Assembly: GCA_951406725.2 (NCBI GenBank)
Contig: OX597817.1
Span: 105,958,001 to 106,022,000 of the forward strand
DNA from: Octopus vulgaris
Lineage: Eukaryota
Direction of reading: 5' to 3'
DNA: 64,000 nucleotides
Every line of letters starts with the position of its first letter. Within the stretch, counting starts at the first letter, position 1. The position numbers and the translations under genes are program-made. Shown one piece after another: positions 40,300 through 53,990 of this stretch. Under the pieces are notes generated by a model. That model searched no databases and was not told the DNA's origin. It saw only the letters and a list, made by a program, of their open reading frames with translations.

Positions 40300-41382
40300 T
40301 TTTTTCGTGACTGAATAACTATTAATGAATGTCTTGATTTGTCTTACCATTTATATATAAGTATATTCGAAACTAGATAAGCGAAAGAATTTTTGAAATA
40401 CCAGCAAGGTAAAAAAAAATAATGTTCAAAAAATGTTTGAATTAATCCATCTGTCTCTAACAAACGAAGCTTGAAAAATTATAGCAATAAACTTTTGGAA
40501 AAAGAAATTTCTACTTTAAAATCTAAAGATTCTTAAGAAATTTTTCAGCTACGTGAGTAACATATTTAAATATGTTTAAATATAGACTACCAATAAAATC
40601 CAGTAATGCATATGAAATGATTTGGGATAACGATCAGAAATCAAAATGTCTTTTATTATTCAATACCTGCAATACTAATATTATGAAATCTTGAATGACA
40701 AATCCATCGATGATTCTTTTATTTTTCATGCTATAAAAACTCTCAAAATGAAATATACTTGTAGGCTAAAAATATTCCAACTGTGCACATTAGACACTCG
40801 GGTTATACATTTAGTAAACTTTTTAGCATCTATTTAGAGAATTTATATTTGAATGACTATGTTGTCATGCCTGTTTATAAAAGGGGTGCCCAGTCAAACA
40901 TTAAAAATTATTACCCTATATCATAAAACATGTTGTTTGATCGAAATATTTTGCTTTAAAACTTAACGCTACATGTAATGCACATATTTGTGAATCACTA
41001 ACCAGCCTGGATTTAATAACCTTAACGTAGTCGTACGCGCGAGACGCTCCAACTGACAAATTATTGGAGAATTTTAACAATTACTTCTCTCAAAGTGGAT
41101 AATGATATTAGTAAAAGAAAACGAGTATAAACTGTAAATTTAAATATTCATGACGATTATATTAAAATACAAATGAACTGAAAAATATTTCAGCTGTAGC
41201 ATTGTTTAAATATATCTTTAGCTGTCTTGTACTTTAGTGTACAAACTATGGTTTGAAGGTCTCTGTCGACAAATATATTACCATTTCGTTCTCAGTGGAC
41301 TTCGTTACCTTCGTGAAGGATGCAAAGAACTTGTTATCTTAAATATATTAAGTATATTTGACATTGTTATCAAGGGATACAG

Positions 41383-41416
<34 letters not shown>

Positions 41417-41860
41417 AAAGCCTTCGACGATAGAAATATTGAATTCCATAGTTGCATGTATAAAACATGCATTGAATTATATGATATTTTTCCTACTTTT
41501 CACTCTGTTGTCTTGAATCCAAATTTCATTTGTACGATAGACTTAGTTGAAAGACTCCAAAAATATTTCTCGAAATGCCTTTCTAGTTTCAAGAATTTCA
41601 CTTACAAGCAATGATTAGAAAAAATTGGCAGACTTCATTGGAAACAGTGCATCGTAAATAGACGTTCGGTCACAAAATGTTACTTAAAATCGAGGTTTCC
41701 TTTTCCAACTACATTTCTTTGCCAGATTTGTGAACATGCAACTACAGCATTGGTGCATCCACTTATAAGTATGAATCTTGTGTTCTTATTACTTTAGTAA
41801 GCATGTCATAGAAATATGGAACTCATTGCTTTGGCTAATGAAGTTTATGGAAATAGTAAT
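40300..41860 (+). mobile_element. Highly decayed CR1/Jockey-group LINE reverse-transcriptase remnant
   Basis: Scattered motifs on +: VMPVYKRGAQSNIKNYYPIS (about 40864-40923, cf. VTPIFKKG..NYRPISL), ISKAFD (about 41412) and TALVHPLI (about 41743, cf. LVRPxLEY). Many stops and frameshifts. Confidence 0.5.
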
Positions 41861-42089
41861 AACAGTCGATTTAAAAATTCATTAAGTCAACTAAATTTCT
41901 ACGCAAATTGTTGTAGTAAATATTTTTAAAACATTTATTTAACTTACACAAATTTCCACTTATCCTGCTGGTATTATGGCTTTGTTATTGCAATTTTTGT
42001 GCTAAATTTCTGAACTATCTGCTGCTGCTGCTACTGCTACTACTACTACTACTACTATTACTACTATAAAGCGATTCACAGTCGCTGGA

Positions 42090-42243
42090 AGGCCGCGAAC
42101 GGGTAAAAACGAAATGCTCAGTGGCATTCTGTCCGTCTTTGCTTTTCATTCTTGTGGGGTCGAAAAATAAGTACCAATTGAGTGAGTACTGGGGTCGATG
42201 TAATCATCCCCCTCACCCCTTCAGATTGCTGGCCTTGGGCCTA
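42090..42243 (+). mobile_element. SINE family A copy (partial)
   Basis: aaatgctcagtggcatt..ggggtcgaaaaataagtacc..gctggccttgggcc. Confidence 0.65.
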
Positions 42244-43550
42244 TTGTAGTGTCACGAGTGGTCTTATGGTGTTTCGTCGATGTTGTTATGGTAGCTGGTT
42301 GACTTAATGCATGAATAAATGTTTCTTGGCTGCGTGTAGAAGTAACTGAACAACACAAATGAACAATTTAACTGAAGAAGTCATAACGACGTACAGAGTG
42401 ACAAACTACGTTGGGAATTTTACAGTTAACAACGACAATAATTACAGACTCGGAGAAAGGAAAAACCGAGCCGTGTTCGAAGAAGTAACTTATGAATCAT
42501 AGTGTGAATGTTTAGTTCAGTCTGTCCAAGAACCTGGAATTGTCTGTGCAAATGTCCGGAACCGTCGGATGGCGAGAATGGAGACACATGTCGCTCGGCT
42601 GCCGCAACATTCTGCTAGGCAAGAGGTGAGACATGTGTACGAGTCGGCCGCTCTCAACGCTCTGAGATTACAGAAGGCTATTGGTACGGCATCATGCAGG
42701 TTACCCAACATATCTGAAAACAAACGTGCTATCTTCGTGGCGACAGAGGTTCTTGGTCATCTATCTGAGTGAGACGTCTGCCTTAGCTGTCTTCTTGGGT
42801 CGTCTGCCGGGACCGTCTATGGCAAGAGTGGAGGCGTATATCGCTCAGCCGCCTTTCAATTCTGTAAAGAGCGTAGGCACCAAAGAAACAAGAAGATTCT
42901 GGAAGATTGAATCATGCAATGGCTTTACGCTGATTAGCTGCTTAATAGACTGATCACATGAAACTACTATGGTTTGGTTGTGGTGTCTGACCAACTACCG
43001 AGCGATTAGAAAAAGATTAATACAACCATTTGTGCACAACAAAATAAACTTATTCCAAGTATAAGCTATATTGATCAGATGCTGTGTTGACTATGAGCCA
43101 ACAAAGGACCAGGAGTCAAGGGAACTGTGTAGAGGGTTCGAAAATGGCCAAAATTGTGACTTTATTACTGTGACTTGTTTTCCTGTGACTTTATTACCGG
43201 TCACTCTGTAATCTATTTACAGGCACTTCCTGCGTTACGGCTGCCTCAGGGTACGAGATTTTGCACTTACGAAAATTGTAAATAATTTATTCGTTTATTG
43301 GCCACAAGGGCTAACAAAAATCAATTAAAACATAAAGGGACAAAACACAGGACGAAAGTTACAAAGGTGGGGATACAGTCTGTAATTTCGTGCTTACGGA
43401 AACTCGAATATATTTAGCACTTCAAAATCTACATTTTCTTCTTAGCCAAAAAGTGGCTTCCCGGTGTTTTAATTAAGATCAAAATATGCTAAACAATTTG
43501 AAAAACTACAATCAATACATGCATATATATATATACATATATATATGCAT

Positions 43551-43605
<55 letters not shown>

Positions 43606-44432
43606 TTATTTCTTAATTTGTTATTATATGACGGAACGCACGCATCCATTTTTAAGTAAGTTTGTTCTTAATATTAATAATGATGGGCACTCTTAACCTT
43701 TCTGTCCCCCTCCCTTTCTCAGCCTTCTTTCTTTCTGGTTTCCTTTTCTTCTACCTTACTGTCTCTCCCTCTCTCTCTCTCTCTCATTCTTCATTCTTTC
43801 TGGTTTTCTCTACAACCATTCCCTTTTTTCTCTCCTTTTCTTTTACTCCTCCTCCTCTGTCCCGTTGCTGACCAGCGACGAGAAAACTACTGTCTTTCTG
43901 ACCTCGCTTCCTTCGAGTGTAGACGGCTTTCCTGTGTCTCTCCTTCGCCGTTCTCAAAAAGCGTTCGTTATATTTTCTCTCGTTTGGCTTAACAGCCCTC
44001 AATGTCTGTGTTACTGTTAGTCTCCTTGTCCTGTCTTTTACTGTTTATATTTTGTGCTGTCTTTACTGTCCTCTTTTTGTTACCATTTTTACCCCTCCGC
44101 AAAAAATCTCTAATTTTATTTCATTTGCCTTTTGCGGGAAGGAATGTTTCAACGGAGTCGTGTCTCACCTTTACCTTCGAAACGCGGAGTAGATGAAACA
44201 GAGACTACTGAAGAGGGGGGATTTTCCTTGTGTTGTATGTCTTGTACTCTATTTTTTCGTTGTTTAAGAAAAATGTCCATTTCCTTGGTTTTGTGTTTGT
44301 TTTCGTTTCTCATTGTGTTCGACGTTTTTTTGGGGGGTGTCCTGTACCCATATATGCATGCATATATACATGTAGATGTAGGTACGTACATATATGTATG
44401 TATATATGCATATGTTTTATTTATTAATTTGT

Positions 44433-44473
<41 letters not shown>

Positions 44474-45119
44474 CATGTGCGTGTGTGCTTTTGTATACGT
44501 TATTGGATCACAAAGAGTATCTTAAGTGTATGTATATACGTATGTATGTATGTATGGATGGATGGATGTAGGTTGGTGGGTGTTTATTTATATATCTACA
44601 TACAAACATACATACGCACACACATACACAAGCATGCATGCATGCATACATACATACATACATACATACATACATACATACACTTTAGTTAGTTAAAATA
44701 TGTTTGTGACACATTTCAACAGCTATAAATCAGTCTTCACCACTGCCGCTACCATCAGCGTTTAAACCAATACAGCCACTGCCATTACCAGCCTGCCAAC
44801 AGCTTAACGACCAACAAGAACTGCAACAAGATAAGCAACTTCATTTAAAATAAATGGACAATGACATGAGATAATGTGGTACTCTAGTGTATTTTAAAAC
44901 ATGAATGAAATGCCTTTGATCTTAGGTCAGTGAAGATTGACTTGAGGCTAAGCAGTAACAACAATACAATTAACAAGACAATATGAAAATCTGCTACCAT
45001 CAACATTACCCACCCTCATCACCACAAACACTAATGCCAATGCAACTAACACGTCCAATACCACCACTACCTATCTACCAATTTTTTGAATAACCAGCTG
45101 CCAACAACAAAAATACAAT

Positions 45120-45880
45120 CAGGCATGGTAACAATGTAGAGGATCAGACTCGATCTACAATGACGTAAAATATTATGGCAATACAAAGAGAGAGGAGAAA
45201 AAAACAAGGCGATTTACCGAAAAAGGAAAGTGAAACTTCAAATGAAAAACTTTTAGGAGCTGGTTTAAGGAAGCGTTTGAAGCTGCGCGACATAAAAATG
45301 ACTGATGAAGCTGCCAGTGCTAATGCAGACTGATACTAGTTGTCCTGAGCATCTGAGAGTGTGGGTAGAGCAAGAAATGACTGCTAAAAGGGGGATACCC
45401 ACCAGAGCAAGTATGTAATATTAATGAAACTGCACTTTTCTGGAAGTGCACGCATGTTAAAACTTTTTTATTTCTCGGAAAGAAAAGTCAACACCAGGAT
45501 TTAAAGCTTCCAAAAATCATCTACACTCCCTCTGGGAGAAAATGCCACTCCCAAAATCCAGGGACTTTCAAAGCTTACTCAAAGTTTAATCAACCTCAAA
45601 TTTGGCGCTTAAATAAGGAGGCAGGTATGTCAAAGAATCTTTTCAAACAATGATTTACAAACGTTTTTTTTTCTTGTCCTGTTATATTGAAAGGTACATT
45701 ACCAAACATATTTCCAACGAAGCACTGCTCGTTTTAGACAACGCACCAAGCCTCTCGGTGAACTTAAATGAGCTTTCTAATAATGTGGGAGTAGAATGTA
45801 TCCCCAATAATACAATTTTATTGCTCTAGTCAATGGGTCAAAGTGTGATACCTAATTTCAAGGTACATAATCTGAGAAAT
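45120..45880 (+). mobile_element. Tigger/pogo (CENP-B/DDE_1) transposase remnant
   Basis: Decayed motifs on +: NINETALFWK (cf. N-x-DETGLFWK), ALLVLDNAP, and PNNTILLL*SMGQSVIPNFK (cf. PPNTTSLLQPMDQGVIxxFK). Confidence 0.7.
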
Positions 45881-46719
45881 TAATATGGTTTGAACAACTT
45901 ATGTATGTATGTATGTATGCTGTTCAGTTTTATTTCAAATTTTCTTGCCAATAGAAAAGAGTCAATTTCTAACCTAGATCGAAGGCTCCATTGGAGCTTC
46001 AACAACATTAACATTGTATCTGTGTGTGTATGTGTGCATGTGTGCAATATTTGAAGTTCGTGCATGATCAGATTTATATGTTTTGCTTTATGTACGTATT
46101 GTCATGCATGTAGTTGCTTGTCAGGACATGCGCATAGATACACAAATGCTATCTTCTGGAAAGTTCTACACATTTTTACAGTTCCATTGATCAGGCTTGA
46201 ATATGTATGTGTTTATGTATGTATGTATATATGCATGCATGTATGTATGTATGTATGTATGTATGTATGTATGTATGTATGTATGTATGTATGTATGTAT
46301 GTATGTATGTCATTGCCTTGTGAATCTATGTTTATATTTATGTCTGTAAACATTTACATATGTCTTGTATATCTACACGTGTAAATATGTACACACTACA
46401 AGCTAAACTTCTGGAATGTTTTACATATTTCCCTGGAGCTATTTATTTTGTAATCTGTCATGTTCTTTTGGGTTGAAACTAATTGGCTCAGCACCAAACT
46501 TCTCAAGCTTGATGCTGAGACATTTATGTTCAACAAGAAAAAACAAGTTTCTCAAGCTTGGCGCTGAAACAGTTATTTACACAGCAAGAATCTCAATAAA
46601 CACAAATATATACCTAGAGTTATAGTCCAAGTAGTAATTTTCTTGCTTTCTACAAATGTTCGAAATAGATGTTCACGGTTTTACAATCTGCAGATCTTGG
46701 GGATCTAAAATTGTTTACC

Positions 46720-47107
46720 TTTTAATCTTTTACTCGATTCAGTCATTAGACTGCGGCCATGCTAAGGCACCGCCTTGAAGAATTTTCTAGTCGAATGAAT
46801 CGACCACAGTATTTTTTTTTTTTTGAAGCCTTGTACTTATTCCATCTGTTTCTGTTGCTGAACCGATAAGTTATGGGGATGTAAACACACCAACACAGGA
46901 TGTCAAGCGGTTGTGGAGGTCAAACACACACACACACTTATACGACAGACTTCTTTCAGTTTCCGTCTACTAAATTCACTCACAAGACGAAAATCTTTAG
47001 TCGACCCGAGCTGGAGTAAGAGACATATGCCCAAGGTGGCCCGCAGAGGGACTGAACCTGGTATCATGTGGTTGGAAAGGAAGCTTCTTACTACACAGCC
47101 ACGCCTG
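46720..47107 (-). mobile_element. tRNA-derived SINE family B
   Basis: Reverse complement of the 16746-17130 family. Confidence 0.75.
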
Positions 47108-47475
47108 TTTAGGATTTATTTTTTATTTTTTTTTTTAGAATTTTGAAATCGGTGCAGTCAAAAGGTTAGAACAAGGGTGGAGAAAATAGATGTGGACGAA
47201 ACATGTCACCTACAGTACACGTCTGCAATCTTTTTAACGCTATCCGCTTTCTTGATTGCATTTGTATTTTCTTCATCCTACCTTCGATCACCTGCAATTA
47301 GTATTTCTGTAGCTTGGTTGTGTTGTGTCTATTTCTTTACCTATCGGATTTTCGCCGCTTGTATTGCAATAAAAATCTGCGAAGCCTCTTATACTTCAAG
47401 ATATGTTCAAGTATATGAATGAACTGAACCTCTCAGCACAAGAAATCGAAGCAGATTGCAAGGTCTTGAGAGGGT

Positions 47476-47522
<47 letters not shown>

Positions 47523-47559
47523 GAAAAGATCTCACTTTGAAAAACACTGAACTGAAAAA

Positions 47560-48030
47560 GAACATTTCTCTTCATTTCTCCTACTTTTGGAAAGAATCGA
47601 CCCATCAAGAGGAGGAAGAGGTTGGGAATCATCTGTTGGAACTTAAGAATACGTTAGAAAAGTAGATGCCGAAGGAAACTGTTGGTGGCCAGATTCAGCA
47701 ACCATTCTCATCGAACTCTTGAAGAAGAGTTGCTGGAACTACAAAGTAACGAAACCAGCAAATTCTTTTCTCTGGTCCTATTTCTCGCTAGACGTTAAAA
47801 CGGCTAACTCCATACTCTCAATTTGCAAAGAAAGCCGTCGAATGAATAATTACATTTCTCACAAGTTATCTATGTGAAACTGCATTTTCTACTGCGCTAC
47901 GTATAAAAAAAAATAAAACCAGGCACAGAATAGAGTCAAGTCTTGTTCATAGCAAGAGATTGGCAATCAAAATACTAAACAAAACATCGAGAAACAAGAG
48001 AAAAATAAGCAACAGCAAAAGTCATTAATT
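47560..48030 (+). mobile_element. hAT (Buster/Charlie-type) transposase C-terminal remnant
   Basis: LEEELLELQSNE and TFLTSYLCETAFSTALRIK..RHRI resemble the hAT dimerisation motif F-x-TTYLCExxFSxL..K.KxRNRL. Interrupted. Confidence 0.65.
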
Positions 48031-48240
48031 TTGATGTTCTCTATTTTGTGTAAACCATGTTTGTTGTTAATCATGCGAAGATAGTGATAGTCATGAAGAT
48101 GTTTTTTAATTGACTATAAATTGGATTGCGTTTTCTATCTTTTTCCCCCTTTCTTCCGTTCTTTTTTTTTTTTTTTTTGCTCAATTTCCTCTATAAAGAA
48201 AAACGCATAAGAAATTACTTCAAAACTACTTTTCTGCTTT

Positions 48241-48416
48241 TGAATAACATTACGGAAGATTTCAGGTGTGGTAGCTGATTTAACTCGTCATCAAAGGGTT
48301 GCTGAACTACACACACACACACACACAAATGTGTGTCTGTGTGTGTGTAGTTCAGCAACCCTTTGATAACGAGCTAAATCAGCTACCACACCTGAAATCT
48401 TCTGTAATGCTATTCA
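48241..48416. repeat. Near-perfect inverted repeat (about 78-bp arms) centred on a CA/TG microsatellite
   Basis: tgaataacattacggaagatttcaggtgtggtagctg...gctgaactacacac | gtgtgtagttcagc...cagctaccacacctgaaatcttctgtaatgctattca. Confidence 0.95.
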
Positions 48417-48959
48417 CACACATCTGCGAAGACACTCCATTTAAGAGAAGAAAAAGAAACAATTAATTGATTTCAAACTTCCAATGTTTTTCAGTTATAC
48501 GCTCTGGTGGTGGGAAAGGCTTTGTGTGTAAACCATGAGAGCTATTTCCAGCTAGAATTTCAAAAGAAGTTCGAAGTGTCTTCATTTTCATCCTGGAAAT
48601 TTCTACGATGACACTAGTGCCAATATGTATCAGCTCTTGCTCTTCCCTGCAAAAGACACTTCAATATTGCTTCACTTTTATAAGCCTGTACTCGATTGGC
48701 GTAGAGCAAGGCATCTGTGGTTGCTTTCGAACTGGAGAGAAGTCTTTGTTCCTCCCTGGATAGTACTATTCGCCTCAAACTGAAATAGACCCTGCCAAGG
48801 TCCGACCTCGTCACTGGATGCGAGGAATTAAGGATATAAGTAGCTCAGACTGCATCTGGTAAACACTGTACTAGGGGCACAAGAAGACTAAAGTCAGCAC
48901 TCAGTACTAGAGTGATGGAATGTGAGAAACGTTATCACTGGAATATCAGATGACCTCTA

Positions 48960-49550
48960 GGAGATGAGCAACACACAAAACAACAGTGACTAACAAAGAA
49001 CTGTTGAGACTCCAAGTGTATTCAAGGCCTTCAGCAAAAAGAAAAGAAAATACGAAACAAGGCGCAGAACAGGATTAAAATGAATTCGTGTTAGCTTTCC
49101 GTTGTCGTCGACGTAAAGTATCCTGCATTATTAGAGCCACAAACGTCACTTCAGTCTGCCAACACTGGCTAGCAAGAAGCGAGAAAACAGTTGTAATACC
49201 AATTCTGCAAAGGCATTCAATCTTTATCTGATACACAGAAAACTTGTGGATTTACGAAGGGATCAAAAAAGCTTCCACTGCAACTCGGAGTAAGACAGAG
49301 CAATGTAAGCCATAACAGACGAGAGCAGTAAAGTTCAAGAGTAGCAGATAGAGAGATGAAGGAAACACTATGTTGATATCTATTCCAAAGAAAACAACAT
49401 CTCAGATAGTGCACAAGATGTCGAGGAGTGCCTGTCTGTCATTGAACTGATGTAGTTCCAACTGTTGAACAGCTAACTAAAGCCAACAACATTCTACTTA
49501 CAAACAAGGCACCAAGATCAGATGGTATTGCACCAGAAATCATCAATCAC
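48960..49550 (+). mobile_element. RTE-clade LINE remnant
   Basis: PTVEQLTKANNILLTNKAPRSDGIAPEII (about 49458-49545) matches the LINE motif PTxxExxKAI..L..GKAPGxDGIPPE. An opposite-strand RT-like fragment (TRSDLGRVYFSLRR..LLYA) lies at 48614-48814. Confidence 0.6.
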
Positions 49551-50279
49551 TTGCACATACACACACACCCACACACACACACACAATTATTTTCAACCAA
49601 TTAACTAGTAGTAAAAGAAGGCATTTTGTGTTTGCACATGCGTGTTTTTGACAAATTAATGTTGCTTTGCGCAAATTGGTAATTTGAATTTAAAAAAGAT
49701 AATAAAAGAATAAAAGAAATATTTAAATCAATATTATGTTATAATGTAATTATAGTTTTATAATTTAATTTTGTTATAACTTTGGTGAAACAAGTTTTGT
49801 GTGCTATTGTATTCATATAGAAATTTTGGCTTTATAATAGTATATTGCCCATCAATTTTACATTACATATGTTGTTCCTCGATGATAACATGAAAAATAT
49901 CGACAATAGTCATAGAAATATTTGAAATTTGGTTTTATTCCTTCAATCACAAATGTAGTAATACTCATTTGCTTGTTATGTAAGAATTTTTTTTTGCAAA
50001 TGTGGCAAAGAAGCCTTCGAAGACGAAAGACCAACTTGGAAGGATACTTTTATATAGGAAAACCAAAGATCTCCAGTTGTTCAAGATACTGAACGGAAGG
50101 CTTAGAAAGGGTCTAAACTCCAGTCAAGTGCTGATACTGAAGGTTGCGTGAAGACGACCTCTTACAATATATCCTTTAGCATAGCACACAAAACAATGGA
50201 TGCTGCTATAGTAACCATTATTAAAGAAGTTGTTATAAGGAAGAATTCTGAATGTATTCTTTACGTAACTTCTTTAAAT

Positions 50280-50490
50280 TCATCTCATCTAGGTCATCCC
50301 ATAGGACGACCCAAGACTGTTTCTACACGTTTTCCCCATTCATCTCGATCTTCCATAATGGTCCTCTGTTCATGTACCCCTTCCATACCAGTATCCTTCA
50401 TCAAGCTGTCGATATAAGTTGTCTTCCATACTTCCTTTCTTGGCATCTTCCTTTCGGTATAGAATCAGCATACGCAACAGTCATACCCAG
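50280..50490 (-). mobile_element. RTE-type LINE 3' end
   Basis: Minus translation KTTYIDSLMKDTGMEGVHEQRTIMEDRDEWGKRV matches the typical RTE ORF C-terminus (TYIDxLxxDTG...MEDRxxWR). Confidence 0.65.
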
Positions 50491-51289
50491 AAAGAGCTTC
50501 GGGTTGTAGCAGAGACGACATGGCTAACAAGCAGCGGCTGAATCTGGCTATCATCATGACGAACAACTGACAGCAACACAGCTAATTTCAACAAAACGGA
50601 CTTTCTATAACACATTGACTAACTATAATTTTTCTAATACTATTTCTATAACACCAAACTCCCTCAACAGTTATCGTAATACTAATAACACCAAACTCTC
50701 TCAACTTTTATCGTAATTCTATTAAATAATATTAAAACTCTCAACATTTATTGTGATTTTTCAATTACACCAGTTAATATAACATCCAAACTCCCACAAG
50801 AAATAAAGTTGTTCATAAAACCTCAACAGATTTCGTCATTTTCTTTTGCGTACAACTATTGACCGCCGACACTAGAAATAACAGCAACCAACAGTTAACA
50901 GTCAGCTCCCAACATACAGCTCCTAGCACTTAGCTGATCAGCTCAACTACCATGGCAACCTTCATGCACGAGTCATAGTGTAAACTGAACATAACATTTG
51001 GAACTTATAAAAATTCTCATGGTTTTTGTGATATTATATAACCTTAGTAAAAATGTATTGTTGAATTTTTTTCTACTTAAAGCTAATTCTGCGAGTTAAA
51101 TGGTTTTCTTGAGAATATTTCAGTAAAAATACCATTCTTTTTAACAATATTACAACAGTTACGTTTGATGTCACATCAGTCATGACCGTCAAATACGGTT
51201 TTCAGCTTTCCTATAGAAATGTTTCCTAATGTATGCCAAGTACATATTTTTATACAAACAACTTGTGACAAAAACATACCGGAAATTTA

Positions 51290-51720
51290 CTATGATTTGA
51301 GAAAGTGGATATCAAATCAATAAAAACCCACTCAGTTCTCGGGTTTTGTATTATTATGTAATAACCAATGATGAAAGTTTCAAACAGCTTCTTTTGCATA
51401 CTGAAGGTGATTATCTCGAGATACTTTACAATAACTATTTGATTTTTTTTTCTTTGTTCTTCCGTAGTGTTCCTTAACGATGAGGATCTATAACTAAGAA
51501 ATGAAATGCGTCTATGTTAAATGACTGACTTATTGTCTAAATTTAATGAACTGAAAAATAGATTATTAGTGAAGGGTATTAGAATAATTCAATCTCAAAC
51601 TCTTACTCTAAGATTTCAACTGAAAATTGGTTTCCATAAACCTTTAGGTCACAAAGTTTTCAAAATTTCTCTTAACTTGACACCATTGAAACAAGTAAAG
51701 GAAATTATTTCAAATTAGAT
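51290..51720 (+). mobile_element. hAT (Buster/ZBED8-like) transposase remnant; duplicate at about 56298-56726
   Basis: FKQLLLHTE (cf. LLLHTEVRWLSRG) and MTDLLSKFNELKNRL (cf. YLxDIFxKLNELNxxLQG). Confidence 0.6.
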
Positions 51721-52213
51721 CTCAAGGCGAAGACATTGTTTAAATATAAAATTTTCTGTAATTTTCTGAAGCAATGTTCATACTGCAACCAAATATTCAA
51801 ACATTTGAGGAATTACTGGTTCGTTCTTGTATTTCCAATTTTCGATATGGTCGAAAATGGATTTAGCCATACAAAGGTGCATTGTTCAATAGACAAAAAT
51901 GTAGACGTAACATCTGTGAAAATAGAGACAAAAGGACTCCTCTCTCACTCTTGACTTTGTTTCCACATTACTTTCTGAATAAAAAGACTTTTTTTTTTTA
52001 AACGAAACTTTGAAGAGATATTGTTTTTCGAGGGTATGGATTACAATCATGTTGCTAGTGTTATGTCGTGTTTTAACGACATGAATAACTAGATAAAATA
52101 AGAGATTTTACGAGTGGCTTATTACTCAGGTGGCCATTGCTGGAATACTGACCCTCACTGAATACTTCTTTAAAATATAACAATAAGTATCAAGTAATAT
52201 AATAATTAAAAAG

Positions 52214-52412
52214 AAGGCGGCGAGCTGGCAGAATCTTTAGCATTTCGTCCGTCTTTATGTTCTGAGTGCAAATTCAGAATGTAAAGAGGTCGACTTTGCC
52301 TTTCAATCTTTCGGGATCGATAAAATAAGTACCAGCTGAACTTTGGAGTTAATGTAATTGGCTTCCCACTCGCCCGAAATTACTGGCCTTGTGCCAAAAT
52401 TTAAAACCAATA
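52214..52412 (+). mobile_element. SINE family A copy; duplicate at 57216-57414
   Basis: ggcggcgagctggcagaatc..gtcgactttgcctttc..ctggccttgtgccaaaattt. Confidence 0.8.
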
Positions 52413-52489
52413 TTATAATTGAAGGGAAGTAACTCAATAGATCACATATATCTTAAGATGTAAGACTATTTTACACATGAACAAGTACA

Positions 52490-53990
52490 GGGGTAGACTA
52501 TCCTCATGTTCTTATGGTATTGTTGTGACCTGTATCAGAACTTGTCAGGTTCAGTATCTTAATGGTTTGTTGATTACATGACCACTTCTTGATATAGTCT
52601 TGCCAGCTTCTAGAGACGGCTTATTAGAAGTTGACTGCTCAACTAAGTTGAGCATATTTGGTTCTTCATGAAACATATGTGGTGTTCTCTGTTTGAATTG
52701 ACTATCAACTTTTTTACGATCGAATATATCAATGGTGTCTTCAGTTGTCATCTCGACCATATACCAGCTCAGCTTATCACTTCTGTCTTTGACAGTTGCT
52801 GATATCCATGTTTTATCATTTACTTGCACTGGTATATGATCACCAGGTTCCAACGACGTGAGTGGTTTTCCGGCATGTTGGTCGTATTACTTAAGATGTC
52901 GGCCTTTGACACTCAGCATGTCTCCGATTTTTTTATCTGAGAGTACAGTAGCTGAAATGACGTAAGTAGTATTGTCTTCAAATGACGACTCATCAGGAGG
53001 TGTACAGATGCTTTACCAACTTTGTCTATTGGAGTATTTCGAAAATCTGACTACCAGGCAGGGTAATTTTTTTCCTCTCTCTATTTTTTTATCAGTGTTT
53101 TCATAGCTTTCACTGCAATCTTGGCTTGTTCATTTGATAGTGGAAATCGTGGCTGAATGTGATATGGTGAAAGTCCCACGTTCTGGAAAATTTTTCAAAT
53201 TCTTCAGAAGATAATTGTGAAGCCTTGTGTGAGATAGGAATATCTAGTAACCTATGTGTGACAAAGACTGATTTCAACTTGTTTATAACTGTAAAACTGG
53301 TTTGATCCCTTAATTGCATTATTTCAGCAAATTTTAAGTACGTAATAATCAACTATAACTACGTAATCATCACCATTAATTGAAAATAAATCAACACCAG
53401 CCTTTGACCAACGATCTTCTTGGTATCTCATGAAGCAGTAATAGTCATTTAGTCTGCTCTGAATTTGGTACATATGATACACTTTCCAACTGCTTTCTGA
53501 ATAAGCTTTCAACTTAGTTTTTACAATGGCTTGATATGACTGGTGAACCTTGTCCACTGTTTCATTTCTGAGCGACTCTGAGACGGTTACTCTGTCACTT
53601 TTGAAAAGCAGTCGGTTGTGATATATAATTTCATCACAGATTCCCCAGTATAGTTTCACTGATGGCAGACATTCCTGTTTTGATTTTGGCCAGCTAGTTA
53701 GCACAATGTCACGTGATGTTGGCAGACTAACACTTTGACTTGTTGCTGTCTGAAACTGTTCGTTTTCTTGGTGACATTGGTAGTGAACTGATAGCACTGA
53801 CATCTAGCAATTCATCATAGAGAGGAATGCTCTAGGTAGAGTATCAGCTATAAGTAAATTTATTCTAGGTTTGTAAGTAACTCTGAAATCATATCTTTCA
53901 TTGCAAGGGTAAAATTATTTTCTGTACTCATAGTATGACTTTGACAAAGATGCTTCTGAGAAATTGATACTAATAGTTTAACCATCTGTA
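52490..53990 (-). mobile_element. Ty3/Gypsy LTR-retrotransposon pol remnant (RNase H end, integrase Zn-binding region, rve core), frameshifted
   Basis: RYDFRVTYKPRINLLIADTLPRA (cf. YKPGK..IADxLSR), V-x-ESLR..VHQSYQAIVKTK, WSKAGVDLFSING..YVVIVDYY, and FEKFSRTWDFHHIT. Split across ORFs 53324-53803, 53110-53352 and 52551-52853. Confidence 0.85.

Noticed and set aside
44170-44222. GAAAC ... CTGAAGA arrangement resembling a permuted (type II) hammerhead
   Set aside because: Stem II can pair, but stem I does not pair in register after the GUA site and stem III is only 2 bp.
44132-44692. Longest ORF in the track (186 aa)
   Set aside because: Runs through AT/CATA microsatellites, giving a low-complexity translation.
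50505-50883. TG...CA segment with AATAAA resembling an LTR of the neighbouring Gypsy remnant
   Set aside because: No TSD, PBS or matching second LTR. The apparent second copy is only the tandem duplication.
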